Shown piece after piece: positions 36,325-48,310 of a DNA stretch of 64,000 nucleotides. The notes under the pieces were generated by a model that saw only the letters and a program-made list of their open reading frames with translations, had not been told where the DNA came from and did not search any database. This stretch comes from Parasitella parasitica NRRL 2501 (Eukaryota; Fungi; Mucoromycota). Every line of letters begins with the position of its first letter. Position 1 is the stretch's first letter. The stretch is from the NCBI GenBank assembly GCA_025201805.1, contig MU619264.1, positions 186,199-250,198 on the forward strand, written 5' to 3'. Position numbers and translations under genes: made by a program.

Positions 36325-39027
36325 TTAGAATTCATCATTTTCGCTATCATCTTCGTCTTGATCATCCTCATCCTCATCCCAATCCTCCTCATCATCACCA
36401 TCTTCATCATCTTCATCATCTTCATCTTCGTCTTCATCTTCATCATCTTTATCGTCGTCATTTTCGTACTTTTTGCCTTTATACTTGTGGTGTTCGTAAT
36501 CGTCGTCATTTTGTTCAAATTTACCGTTGTATTCATTTTGATGATCTATATCGCATTCCTCATCGAACTGATTATTGTCATACAACCCAAATTCAACATC
36601 GTTCTCAAAGTTGTCATCATCATTACCATCGTAGTATTCTTTTCTATGATGATGGTGGTTGTCGTCTTCACAGAATAAAATTTCTTCGTCGTGGTCATAT
36701 CCTTGATGGCATTGATATTTAGTCATTGTTTCGCGATGATGATGAGTATGACATTCCGTGTCTATTGAATTAGTATTAACTAAGTGTATACGTAGCATTT
36801 GCTTCCCAACACATGCCTGTTTGAGATGAAAACATTGAAGGAACTGAAAATGAATTAGTATGGTGCGTTGGAGATTCAGTTGAATCTGTAATATCTCCAC
36901 TGAAGCTATAACTGCTTGAACTGCTTGAACCGCTTGAGCTCATTGAACTGCTTAAATTGCTTTCAGAGCTGCTTGAGTTGCTCTCTGTATTAATGCTCTC
37001 TTCACTACTGCTACTACCGCTCGCTTCACTTCTACTACTGCCGTTATTTTCAGTCCTATTGCTGCTGCTATCTTCGCTGTTGTTACTGCTCTCGGCGCTA
37101 CTGCCGCTTTCGCTACTATTGCTGTTCTCATCACTGCTACTACTCTCATAACTGCTGCTACTCTCATCACTGCCACTGCTCTCAGCACTGCTGCTAATCT
37201 CATCACTGCTGCTACTCTCATCACTGCTACTGCTACTGCTCTCATCACTGCTAGTACTTTCGGCACTGCTGCTAATCTCCTCACTACTGCTACTCTCCTC
37301 GCTGCTGCTACTCTCCTCACTGCTGCTACTCTCCTCGCTGCTGCTACTCTCCTCGCTGCTGCTACTCTCCTCACTGCTGCTACTCTCCTCGCTGCTGCTA
37401 CTCTCCTCGCTGCTGCTAATCTCATCGCTGCTGCTAATCTCATCGCTGCTACTAATCTCATCGCTGCTACTGGCAGAGCTACTCATTGAACTAACACTTT
37501 CAGAACTACTTGAGAAATCGGGGGGCAAAGGAATAACATCATAAGTGTCATCCAAAAATATGGGAACACAGACATTTGTTGTTAGACAACTACCGCCGAT
37601 GGCTTGATAATCGTGAATCTCTATGCCACTTCCAGCCCAGTGATAGTTGTTTGCAAAGACCTGTCCAGCAAAAGCACCTGTGTTAGAATCTAGAATATCA
37701 CCTATTGTATTAAAAGATAATCCGTTATTAGCACTGAGATTCTACTGATTTCTGCGCGTATGCGTATATAGTTGTACATGTACCTTCTGGCATCAGAGTC
37801 AGCCCCCCAAGTTGACCACCTGTGTTTCTGTTGACCTGAAAAGAGCCACTGGTATAATAACCCTCATTGTCTGCAGGATAAAAGTTGAGAACAGTACTGC
37901 AGACTGTCATGCTATGACTTGGCAGATTTCCTTGGATTGTGATGGCAGTGTTTACCAAAACGGGAATCTATATATTGAATTTGCTTATTAGATACAGTTA
38001 CATGTTCTGGACCGATATATGATCTTACATTGATAATCAATCGAGAGGGCCAAGACATGCCTATAGGACCATTCCAGTTACCCTTTCCAAAGTAAATAGC
38101 ATCCGGCGACGAAAAATTGGGGCTGTATGTGCAATTGCGGCAAGTGCCAAATGTAATAACTTCGTAGTCAATGACAGTATCCGCAAGTCTCGTCAGTACG
38201 CCTTCCGAATCGAGATGCAGAGTGGGTGGTATCACAGAAAATTGCTGAGAGGCAGCAATGGCATTCAGCTGTACCTGAGTGAAATTAAAATAGCCTGTGC
38301 CTCTATCGTTGTATACGGGACATCCACTATCTTGCTGCACTATACTGCTAATGTCAGCACCTGCTGGTAGGAATGTAGCTCCATGTACGTGTATGTCACT
38401 ATATTTGTAATCAGAGCCCCAAGTACCCAAAACGAGGCCATAACCAGCCAAATTGTTTTCGACGTCGGTACAATCTGCACCATGATTAGCATTGACGGTG
38501 TAGGCATGCGCTGAAAAGGCTCCTCGTACTGCAAGTGGGCCTAGGATATCTTGAGCCTCTGAAGTGATAAAGTCACCAAAGAATACGGCATTAAATCTAT
38601 TATACTAGCATATCTGGATTATTATGACTAGAAACTTTATATTTATTTAATCACTTACAACTTGTGTTGCTTTGCTTGAACTACACGCAAGACCTACTCT
38701 TGTAAGATTTCCTGCCAAATTCTTATCAAAATATGGTACGTTTTTACGTGGTGGCGGCGAAGGGTTAGGTGTTTCACTTTCATCATCTATTATGGCTGAT
38801 GTTGTTGATCTCAGTCCACTCTCTGATGTTGTTGTAATTCTTGGTTCACATATCTGTTGATGATGGTGGTGATTACGATGGTGCTTGTGATGTTGTTGCT
38901 TGTATTTTGATTCATGGCTAAGCCAGCTTTTCCAATTACTCTTTTTTTTCCAGAACTTATCCCACGCTAGTGTTTCTTGCACTGCTAGCAATGCTATCGC
39001 AGCTAGCACAAGTATTATAGACTTCAT
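36325..39027 (-). CDS. Secreted protein: His-rich N-terminus, choice-of-anchor-A-like domain, Ser/Glu tandem repeats, His/Asp/Glu-rich C-terminus; 5 exons
   Basis: Signal peptide MKSIILVLAAIALLAVQETLA. Domain motifs FNAVFFGDF..DILGPLAVRGAF..VN, IINIPV, VLNFYP, GGLTLMPEG and GAFAGQVFA..GIEIHDY. Confidence 0.8.
37274..37471 (-). repeat. Coding minisatellite: 11 near-perfect 18-bp units encoding SSS(D/E)E(S/I); degenerate copies continue to about 37090
   Basis: Unit approximately AGCAGCAGCGAGGAGAGT; translates as 3x SSSDEI, 7x SSSEES and 1x SSSEEI. Confidence 0.92.
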
Positions 39028-40055
39028 ACGAGTATGTTTAAGGAGGCTTGTTTGATATAGATTTAAACAAAAAGGTGAAAAGAGAGATACAGATTAATTG
39101 ATCGTTCGCCAAGTTATTTATTATTTTTTTTTGCGAGAATATTTGAAAATATGTCAAATATTTGGTATGTAAACAACAGGAATATATGTCGAGAATTGGA
39201 ATACATTATAAACAGAGAGGATATATGGTAGAACTGGCTGTAATGGCGCTGGTTAACTGCATTTCAAGGATATATAATATTATTCTTATTTTAAGGTTCA
39301 TTCGAAAGCTTCAAACTATAATAGCGTGCTATACTCCATATTCTAAAATCGATTTGTGCAATGTGAGCACGATGAATACAAAGTTTAAACAACAGCTCAA
39401 GCTTGGTCCTTGTAAATTTGTGTTACAAATATTAAAAAGTTGCAACACAATTATTGACATTCAAGCAAATTTCAGTATACTATGGAATTTACTACGAAAA
39501 TATATTTGTTACTATTTTTTATACTAATAGCGTCTGAATCATTCCTAAAAATCCATTAAGGGCAAATTGCGTTACAGTTCATGTCGTAATTGATCTGCTA
39601 CTCCATAACTCAAACTCTTGACCTTTGATCGCGTTTTTGGCCGAATCAAGATTAAATAGGTTCCTCACTATCGTAAATTTATTTTTGGTACATTTGTATA
39701 AAATAAAGGATAAATATTTTGATCATGATTTTCATGAATGTCCTTATGCAGCCGTAATTGGGATAACCTAGTGTTACTATTTTATGTAAACCCTCCAGAG
39801 AAAAATTTTCTTGCTGCTAGTAACTAAGACTACTTCGATTTGTACTTCATTTGTATATGATTAGCGTATTTAGTATTTTATATAATAAAGCAACATATGG
39901 ACCAGGAAAAGATCTTTTTTTTTATTCCTGTCCTCTAATACACGTCTTTAATATTTGATTTATCATATATATTTACCAAATAATACAGATAACCCTGATC
40001 AAGACACGGAGTCCTTCTGAACATTTCGTAATCACCATTCACATAATAGCACAAA

Positions 40056-42390
40056 ATGAAGCGTTATAGCGTTGAATGTATGGCCTTGTTACTCATATTG
40101 GCATACATCTACGGAAATCAAGCTACTGCAGTTATGGTAAAAGGTATTTCTCAAGCAATGATTGGAATTATGTATGTATATTCATTTGTTAAGCAGACTG
40201 TGAGAAGCTTGATACAATCTCCCCCAGAAAATACTATCTCCAGCTTTCTAATTTCAATTGCACAGGTAAATATATTATATTTAATATATTAATGTAGCAC
40301 TACTAATGATCCCTCTTAAAGCTAGGATGGTGACAACAATAAATGGCAAGAATAGATTAATTGAACGAGGACTGGCAGATCTGGGAACTCCTACAGAGAC
40401 TAAGAATTATGGCACTTACAAGACTAGCCAAGATAGTGCAACCAAAACTAACACTCATTCAGTATCGGACACTCATGCTGATGAGACATACAAGGGTAGT
40501 TCAGGACAACAACAAGGCAATACCTCTAGCAAACATCAATCTAATACCAGTAGTGACGATAGTAATCAAAACCACAACGTAGTAGACAATGATACAACTC
40601 GCGGTAGTGGCGCTTTTAAAGAAAAGCCTACCAATTCATCTAATAATTCTTATGAAAGCGCTCAACCAACTCAAACAGAGAAAGACTCTGATAATGGTGA
40701 TGAGAGCCCCTCCCATACAAAAGAGTATGCAACAGACGACGAAAAAAGTAGCAATACCAATACTCACGGCCATGCTACATCTTCTGTAAAGAAAGATGAT
40801 GATCCAAATGACGACCCAACAGATGCAAGCCCTGCTAGTGCTACTCGCGACTATTCGCGTCAAAACACATCTGAAGTACTTGCTGAACCTACTACTGAAG
40901 AAGGTGCTAGTGGTAGCCATGAGCATGAACGTATCACTAAATGGCAATCTCTTAGTATCACTGCTGAATCCACTTTTAATAACGAACCTGCCACCACCAC
41001 TGCAAAAGAAGAAACAACAAGACGTTGGAAAACTACATATGGTGAGCCTACACACATCATAGTTACGACAGCCAGTGACATTGCATCCAAAGAATGGGAA
41101 AAGACTACTACTACTACTACTACTACTGCCGTTACCATGGATTGGAAACCAGTTGCTACTGACCATGACAAAACCGCCACTACTTGGAAGCCTACAGCAA
41201 CTACTGATGACCCCGAAAGTTTGAGTGCCACCCAAGTTAAAGAGGAAACAATCACATCTATGTCCAAACCTAGCGCTGCAACCGAAAAAGTGCCAGCAAC
41301 AGAAGAAACACAAAAAACAGACATAAAGACAACTACAGTCTCTATTTTATCGTCAGTAACAAGTGTTGATAATGCTTATTTATCTTCATATTTATCTGGC
41401 ATCCTTAACACTGATTCTGCAGCAGTTCATCACCAGCAGACCGCTTCACAAACTATTACTACCAATATCGCAATCAATGAAATAGCTTCCTCTGCTGCGG
41501 CTGCTGCTGCTACCACATCCGATCGTTTCCAAGCTATCAGTCATGCCGTAACATCTAATACAGAGCACCTCTCTTTTGCAATGGCAGACTCGCCTGCAAC
41601 TAACAATGCAGAGACCTCTCAAGATATAACGCCTACTAAATCAAGCAGCTCCATCTACTATCCTAGTTTTACTCGATCTTTTTCGGTTGCTTCATCGACT
41701 GCCACCCCAATGCTAGTCTTGGGGTCATCTACAGAATGTACATCTGACCCTCATGCTGTTGATGAAAAGTGTACATTCGAGTACTTTTGTAACGCAGCCA
41801 CGCATTCGTGCGTCTTTCTGTTGCAAAATGACAGCGCCTGCTATGAAAGCTTCCAATGTGCCTCTAGCTACTGCACAGATCACATTTGTGCGGCAGCGCC
41901 TGAAGCGGTGCAGCCTAACCAGGGCGGCAGAATTGCTGGTGCAACGGTTGGATGTGTAGTTGGAGCAGCTATTTTGTTGTTTGGGCTTATTCGTTGGCGT
42001 AAGCGCTCTCAGACAATTAATCGTAGAATGAACAAATTCCACAGCAATGCGAGGCCCTTCTATGATGCAACTACGACCATCTTGCCAGCTATTGGGAGCA
42101 CTGTAACGCCAAATTACACCAATCAAGGCGCTACCCGGCTTTCAAAATACAACTTTTTGGCTCACATGCTGAATCCAGAACCCCCAATGACAGGACAACA
42201 ACAACCATATCGATCTGCTTCAAATGCCGATCATTACGCGATCCCGGCTGCAGCTGCAGAAGGAGGGGCTGCTATGGTCGAACAAGTAGACTACAACCCT
42301 TTCAGAGCCCTGCACACTGATTCATGGACTGAAGAAGACCACCAGTCTCTTGAAAGATCAGAAACCAAGACATTCTACAGCTACATCTAG
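40056..42390 (+). CDS. Mucin-like single-pass membrane protein (signal peptide, Ser/Thr-rich stalk, 8-Cys module, TM helix, cytoplasmic tail), 3 exons
   Basis: Hydrophobic N-terminus. Two phase-1 introns join the frames. CTSD..CTFEYFC..C..CYESFQCASSYCTDHIC, then IAGATVGCVVGAAILLFGLIRWRKR. Confidence 0.8.
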
Positions 42391-42787
42391 GCTTTCTTGG
42401 CGAAAACTACAAAAGTTGCCTAATTTGGGACCTGCGCAAAATTTCAGTGTTATTCTATAAAACAATAAAAACGATGCTGTGTTATAAATAGCAACAGACA
42501 TGTCAAGCGCTTGGACAATCAACTATTTACAATGTAATGTTATTATATAATATTGCTGTTGTTGTAGCGCGAAAGCACCACTAAAAATAGCATTGATAAT
42601 AATCATTTATTAGTGGAGTTCTGTCTGATCCAAAAATACTGATAACCTTTTTTTTTTTTGCACCACCACATCGTTTGCAATTAATTTTCCTTTCTTCTTT
42701 TGTCTAGTTACTTTTTTCATTTTTTTCATTTCTTAATTTTTCTCCTCTTTTTCCCTTTCGCTTTCTTTCCACGACAATACCAAAAAA

Positions 42788-44633
42788 ATGAATTCAACAA
42801 GTGGAAATTCGACAGTGAATCCACTTGGTTTGGCAGCGGATGCGCATGGCTCTTTGTACAAGCTAATTGGTGTCACCTTGGCTATTTGCAGTGGTAAGCA
42901 GGCATAGAAGTGTCCAGAGTGTGTGGCCTCAAACCAACATTTTTTGCTGTGTAGGCGTGTTCATCGGCAGCAGCTTTGTATTCAAAAAGAAAGGCCTACT
43001 TCAGTCGACAGAAAAATCAGGTAGTCTAATTTTGATCAATGTAAACACTTATGCATTGTAATTGACATGTTCAATTTCTTTGTTTTGAAGGAGGTGTTGC
43101 AGGCGAAGGGTACGGCTACCTCAAATCGCCCATGTGGTGGACTGGCATGATACTCAGTAAGTCTCTCTCTGAGAGTTTCTCACTCTAGTTATTCATCGTT
43201 ATTTTAGTGGTTGTTGGAGAAGCCTGTAACTTTGTAGCCTATGCTTTTACGCAGGCCATTCTCGTAACTCCTCTGGGCGCATTGAGCGTTGTGCTATGGT
43301 AAGGATAAAAGAACATGGCTCCAGAAAGTAGAAAATTAATGCCTTGTGTGCAAAAAAAAAGTGCTGTGCTGTCGTCCATCTTCTTGAAAGAAAGACTGTC
43401 ATTCCAAGGAAAGGTGGGATGTTTGCAATGTGTCTTGGGTGCTATTATTATCGTCATGCATGCCCCGGAACAAGGCGCTGCTGATACCTCTATCGAGACA
43501 TTTAAAACCCTTATGCTGTCGGTTGGTAAGATGCAAACAAGCGCATTGTTGATTCCTTTTTTTTTTACTCAATTCATTCCGCTTATAGGGTTTATCGTTT
43601 ATGCGTGCATTGCAATCGTTTTGTCGCTATTTCTAGTGCTTTATTGTGGACCCAGATGGGGGAAATCAAACATGTTGGTCTACATTAGTATATGCTCGCT
43701 TATTGGATCTTTGTCGGTCGTTTTCACACAGGGCATTGGCGGTGCGATCGTTCATTCATTCACCGTAGAAAACCAATTCAAAAACTGGTTTGTATATTTG
43801 GTATTGATCCTGACACTTGTCACCTTGGCCATTGAAATCATCTACCTCAACAAGGCGCTAAACATCTTCAACACTGCTGTCGTCACTCCAACTTACTATG
43901 TTACATTTACCACGCTCACCATTGTCAGCTCAATTGTATTTTATCGTGGTTTTGACGCATCGCCGGTCGACATCGTCACTTGTGTGTTTGGGTTTTTTAT
44001 TATTTGCTCTGGTGTTGCATTATTACAGCATTCGCGTAGCGAAAAGAGCAGGGGAGAGCCCTTGTTGGGAGGCACTGCTAGCCCGCAGGAGAGTTTGTTG
44101 CCTGTATACGACAACGAAAAATACTCAACATCAGAGGAAGAAGTGAATCACATTGAGCATGCTGAAGAAGGAGGATCTTCGTCCGCAGATCAACACCGAT
44201 ATCCATCGCATGCTAGAAAAGATTCTTACTTGTGGCATAGATCTCGACCCTCACTAGATGACTATAAAAAGGTGGATCTTACTCATTCCCGAAATCAGAG
44301 CTTTACAGAAAATATCGGTTTAGACACCATCAAGTATGAGAAAACACCTCATCATGACTTGGTTAGAGATTCAGGTATGTAAAAAGAAAATACAAGCTAG
44401 ATACTGTATTTGACAGCTGACATAACGTATCAGTTGATATGCTTGTAGATCATAGCGTTGAAGAATCAAACATCAGCAGCAATTCACACAAAAATAGACG
44501 TGCGCAGGACACACTCGATTCCATTAGCAGTATACGATTGGGACTAAACAAAAAGAAGGGACAAGACGATAGAAAAGGATTGATGAAAAATACTAATGAA
44601 TATTGGGATAATGACGAAAATCATTTGATTTAA
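42788..44633 (+). CDS. NIPA-family (DUF803) magnesium transporter, multi-exon
   Basis: FIGSSFVFKKKGL, YLKSPMWWTGM, GEACNFVAYAF..LVTPLGALSV, YISICSLIGSLSV and YLNKALNIFNTAVVTPTYYV. Confidence 0.95.
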
Positions 44634-44981
44634 TAAAATAGATACCCATATTATAGATGCACTGATTAGTCCAACTTTGGATAGGCAGATGCGAAAACCA
44701 TCAACTATGGCTTATCCATGCTTGTAAGCAAATGATCGTATTTATGCTTAGAATATTTGCATATGTAAATATATATATATATATTAAAAAAGAAGGGTAT
44801 TGACGCCTGTTTGGCTCCTTTTTCAAACTGAACTGTTTAAAAGCGAACATTTACGCATATATGCATTTATGTTTATATCAAAAGAGGAGTTATCTATAAG
44901 CATGTAATAGCTCACTAGTATGGTGGTGACGGCGGTGGCGAAGGGTATTGGTATACGGTTATCAAATATTTTACATACAAA

Positions 44982-47304
44982 TCAGTCAGACGAAATCAAT
45001 TCTTTGAGAGTTGCATATATTTGATTTCCAAACTTCTTGTCATCTGCCAGCAATTGATAAGAGTTGCCTTGTTCAGTGTAGATTGTGTATGAATTGGGCA
45101 CATATGTATCATCATCCTCATCAGAAGGAGCAATACGTTCAACTGTAGAAAGACTCACAAAAGACATTGCTTTTTTGCTCTACGAGATGATATGTACACA
45201 TGACGATGAATAAAATAAAACATAGTACTTCTCTCTAATAAAAAGCTTACCATTTCATCTTTGTATAATAGTAAACTATGGCTGTTGATTTCGAAATAAC
45301 GGCGTTTCCAAAACTATCGCATATATAAGTACATCAGAAGTGATCCATTAATGAACACTTACAGGGCTGACATTTGTTTGTGCAGAGATGAAACCTGTCA
45401 TCAATACTGCTGTGGACGTTGTTGCCTCTTTTTCCTTGGTTACAGCAGGCAAGTCGATTACGGAGGTTACAGAGGAAACCTTGAATTAAAAGTAACAGCA
45501 GAGATTAGTAATGTATACCATTAATTATGTGCAACCATCATTTTTTGGATGGGATGCTTACCTCTACGTTAGGCGGGGCTACTGATGGCTCAGAAACAGC
45601 CATAGTCAAAGGTGCTGCCTTGTCTTGCTGCGTCTTGATTACAGGAGCTTCACTGCTCTTCTGTTTCTCGGCAAGAGGTTCTCTTTTGATGGGCAACGAT
45701 CGCTCTGTTGCGGTAGTGGAAGACTTTATGTTTGATGTTTTGAGCTGCACCATTTGTACTGGTGATTGAAAGGAGGGGCTAGCTGAACGTTCTGGTATCT
45801 GTATCTTTGAGAGCACAGGTTTCCTGAACTGCTGCAAAGGTTTTAACGCCTTTTCATTAGGCTGTGTTGGTCTTAAATCTATGTTGTTTGGTTGTGAGGA
45901 TGGCTGCTGATCCTTTTGAGTTTGCTGTTCCTGCAGCTTCTTCAACTTGCGCTGTATTAATTCTTGCTGCCATCGAGGCAGCTCTTTTTGCTTTGCAGTC
46001 AGTTGTGGCTGCACCAAAGGCTTCGTTACCTCTTTTTCATGCTTTGAAGTCATTTTTTGTTGGGAAATAGGTTCTTTTTTCTCGTCCTCTTGCGTTGCAG
46101 GCATATCTTGTTGTGATGGGGATGTCTTTTTCTCGTCTTTTTGCTGTGCAACATCCTGTTGTAGCAAAGGAGATGCTTTCTTGTCTTCTACTTTTTCCGG
46201 ATTCACAATCTTTTGCTGTTCAATTAAAGATTGTTTTTTCTCTTCTTCTCTTTTGAACCGCTCTTCTTGTTGATCTCGTTGGAATTGACGGAATCTTGCT
46301 TCCTCTAATTCCTTCTTTTTAGACAGTTGGAATTGCAACATGGCTTCCGTGTGATCTTGAAGTCTTTTGCGCTCTTGTTCATCAACCACTGCATTAAACG
46401 TGTTGTTGTCTGCTGCAATAGCAAAGTAATTGAAATCAGGATTAGGGTTGTATGAAGAAGAGGCTACAGAAGTAGGCGTAGAAGGAGTCGGTGTTGCAGT
46501 CATGCGGTCGGATCCATCCTCATAGAAAGAGTAAGGCTCCTCTGTTGCACTCAAATGGATCTTCAAGTTTCTCTCAGACATTGGAGAAGGTGACGAGGGT
46601 GTTAACGGAGAATATGTGCCAGATCTTCGTCGCCTTTGCTGTACAACAAATGAGGCTCTTTTCAAAGCTGTGCGGGGCCGATTGGGCACTTGATTCTGTC
46701 CTAGTTTCAACCTAGTCCGTACATTGCTATCGCTTAAATCTGATAGACTCGATGCTGTGAATTGAGCATGAGAGAGTTCTAAAACAGCAGCTACAGATCG
46801 ACTATGTACAAGAGCTCGAGCTATAAAAGATTCAACGTTAATATATGCACATAATTTTGTGTTATTATATACATACCTCTTCTCACCCCACTGCAATTAT
46901 TGAAACAGGGATTAATACTTTTTGCCCCTTGGTTTCATACATTAAAATGAGCTTACCTAACACTATCAGGAACGTAAGTGATCTGGATGAACTTGTCCTC
47001 GATCCGAACAAAGCCAAACAAAATTTCGTTTGTCAGACTCGCTCGAAATTCACTGTCATCAGTTAGTACAAGTTTCAAATGATGCATAGGCAAATAAAAA
47101 TATACCTTAAGCCGTGAACGCCACTGGCATATAATGAGATGACATCTCTTGTATCTCTGTATCCAAGAATCAACCTAAACGTCTCTTGGGTCAGTAACAG
47201 AATGCAGCAATGTCACACCCGCTGTATACATACCAGTCCGTAGCTTCTTCTTCTATAATGGATACGTAAGCATTGAGTATACGAGGGTCGCTGATATTAC
47301 ACAT
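44982..47304 (-). CDS. ADF-H (coactosin/drebrin-like) domain, long charged linker and C-terminal PH-like domain
   Basis: Spliced N-terminus ILNAYVSI..TDWLILGY..LYASGVHGLSEFRASL..FGFVRI..ITYVPDSVSGVRRARALVH. C-terminus GFISAQ..WKRRYFEI..LLLYKDE..VPNSYTI..YQLLADDK. Confidence 0.75.
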
Positions 47305-48310
47305 TTTGTATTGATGAAACGAGAGAGAAAAAAAAAAAAAGAAGAGAAAGATGCAGATTTTAATTAAAACAAAATACTAAACTATCATACAAAAAAAGTT
47401 GTCTGATTTCTTTTATTGGCTGTGTCACAATATGGACAGATTTGTTGCAAGTTTACCTGTGGCGACATGCTTGAGGAGTACCTACTAGTACCACCACTAC
47501 AGATTTTTGCACGAGGCTATTTGGATGCATACATTTTGAATGTAAACGGTACTTTGAAAACGTGATATGCACTATGATTGTATTTCTCATTCACTGCGTT
47601 CCCTGTAATAAATGTGCCCTGATGTTTGGACAGCACATCAAAGCACAACAAGGGAGCAGATCATGCCACAAATATTACGATATGGAATCCTGGGTAACCT
47701 CTATATATACGACATTGCTCATTGTTTATTTATCACATGCAGTAGGAAATCGTTAGTCTTGGTTTTTTTTTTTTTTTTGCTTCTGGATCTATTTTTTGCT
47801 TTCTTGATTAATGAACGACATGCAAGTGTGATCATCTTTACGTGCATTACATGTACCAAAACGGACAACATGTGTATCTATGTACAGAATTTGTCAAAAT
47901 AAAGCCATGATTCCAAATTGACATGATTGGAATTATACAATTTTTTTTTTGTTACTTTTTTGCTTTCTTTCGTCTTCTTTGCATTAGACTAGATGATCGT
48001 GTTTCGTAAACAATCAATGACATGTACATATTATATCAACTATCCAAAAAGAGGTACACATGCAGAATTGCGAAGATCTACTTGCTATATTTACAACATC
48101 CTTATTGGGATATGTTGCCGTACCAAGATCAAAAAGTCGCCAATATATTTGCACTAGGTCTGTCAACCCTTTGTGTTTACCGCATTGAAAAATATGCTAA
48201 AAAAACAAACCGAAAGCCAACGATATGCAATAGCCTCATTCGCTCAGGACAATTATTTTACGTATAAAGAGTAATTTATTCGAAAACTTTTTACAATATT
48301 AATACACTCT

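Noticed and set aside
36204-37461. Alternative-frame repetitive ORFs (RRVAAA repeats, poly-Ile/Phe, poly-Met/Lys)
   Set aside because: Shadow frames of the Ser- and Asp/Glu-coding repeats.
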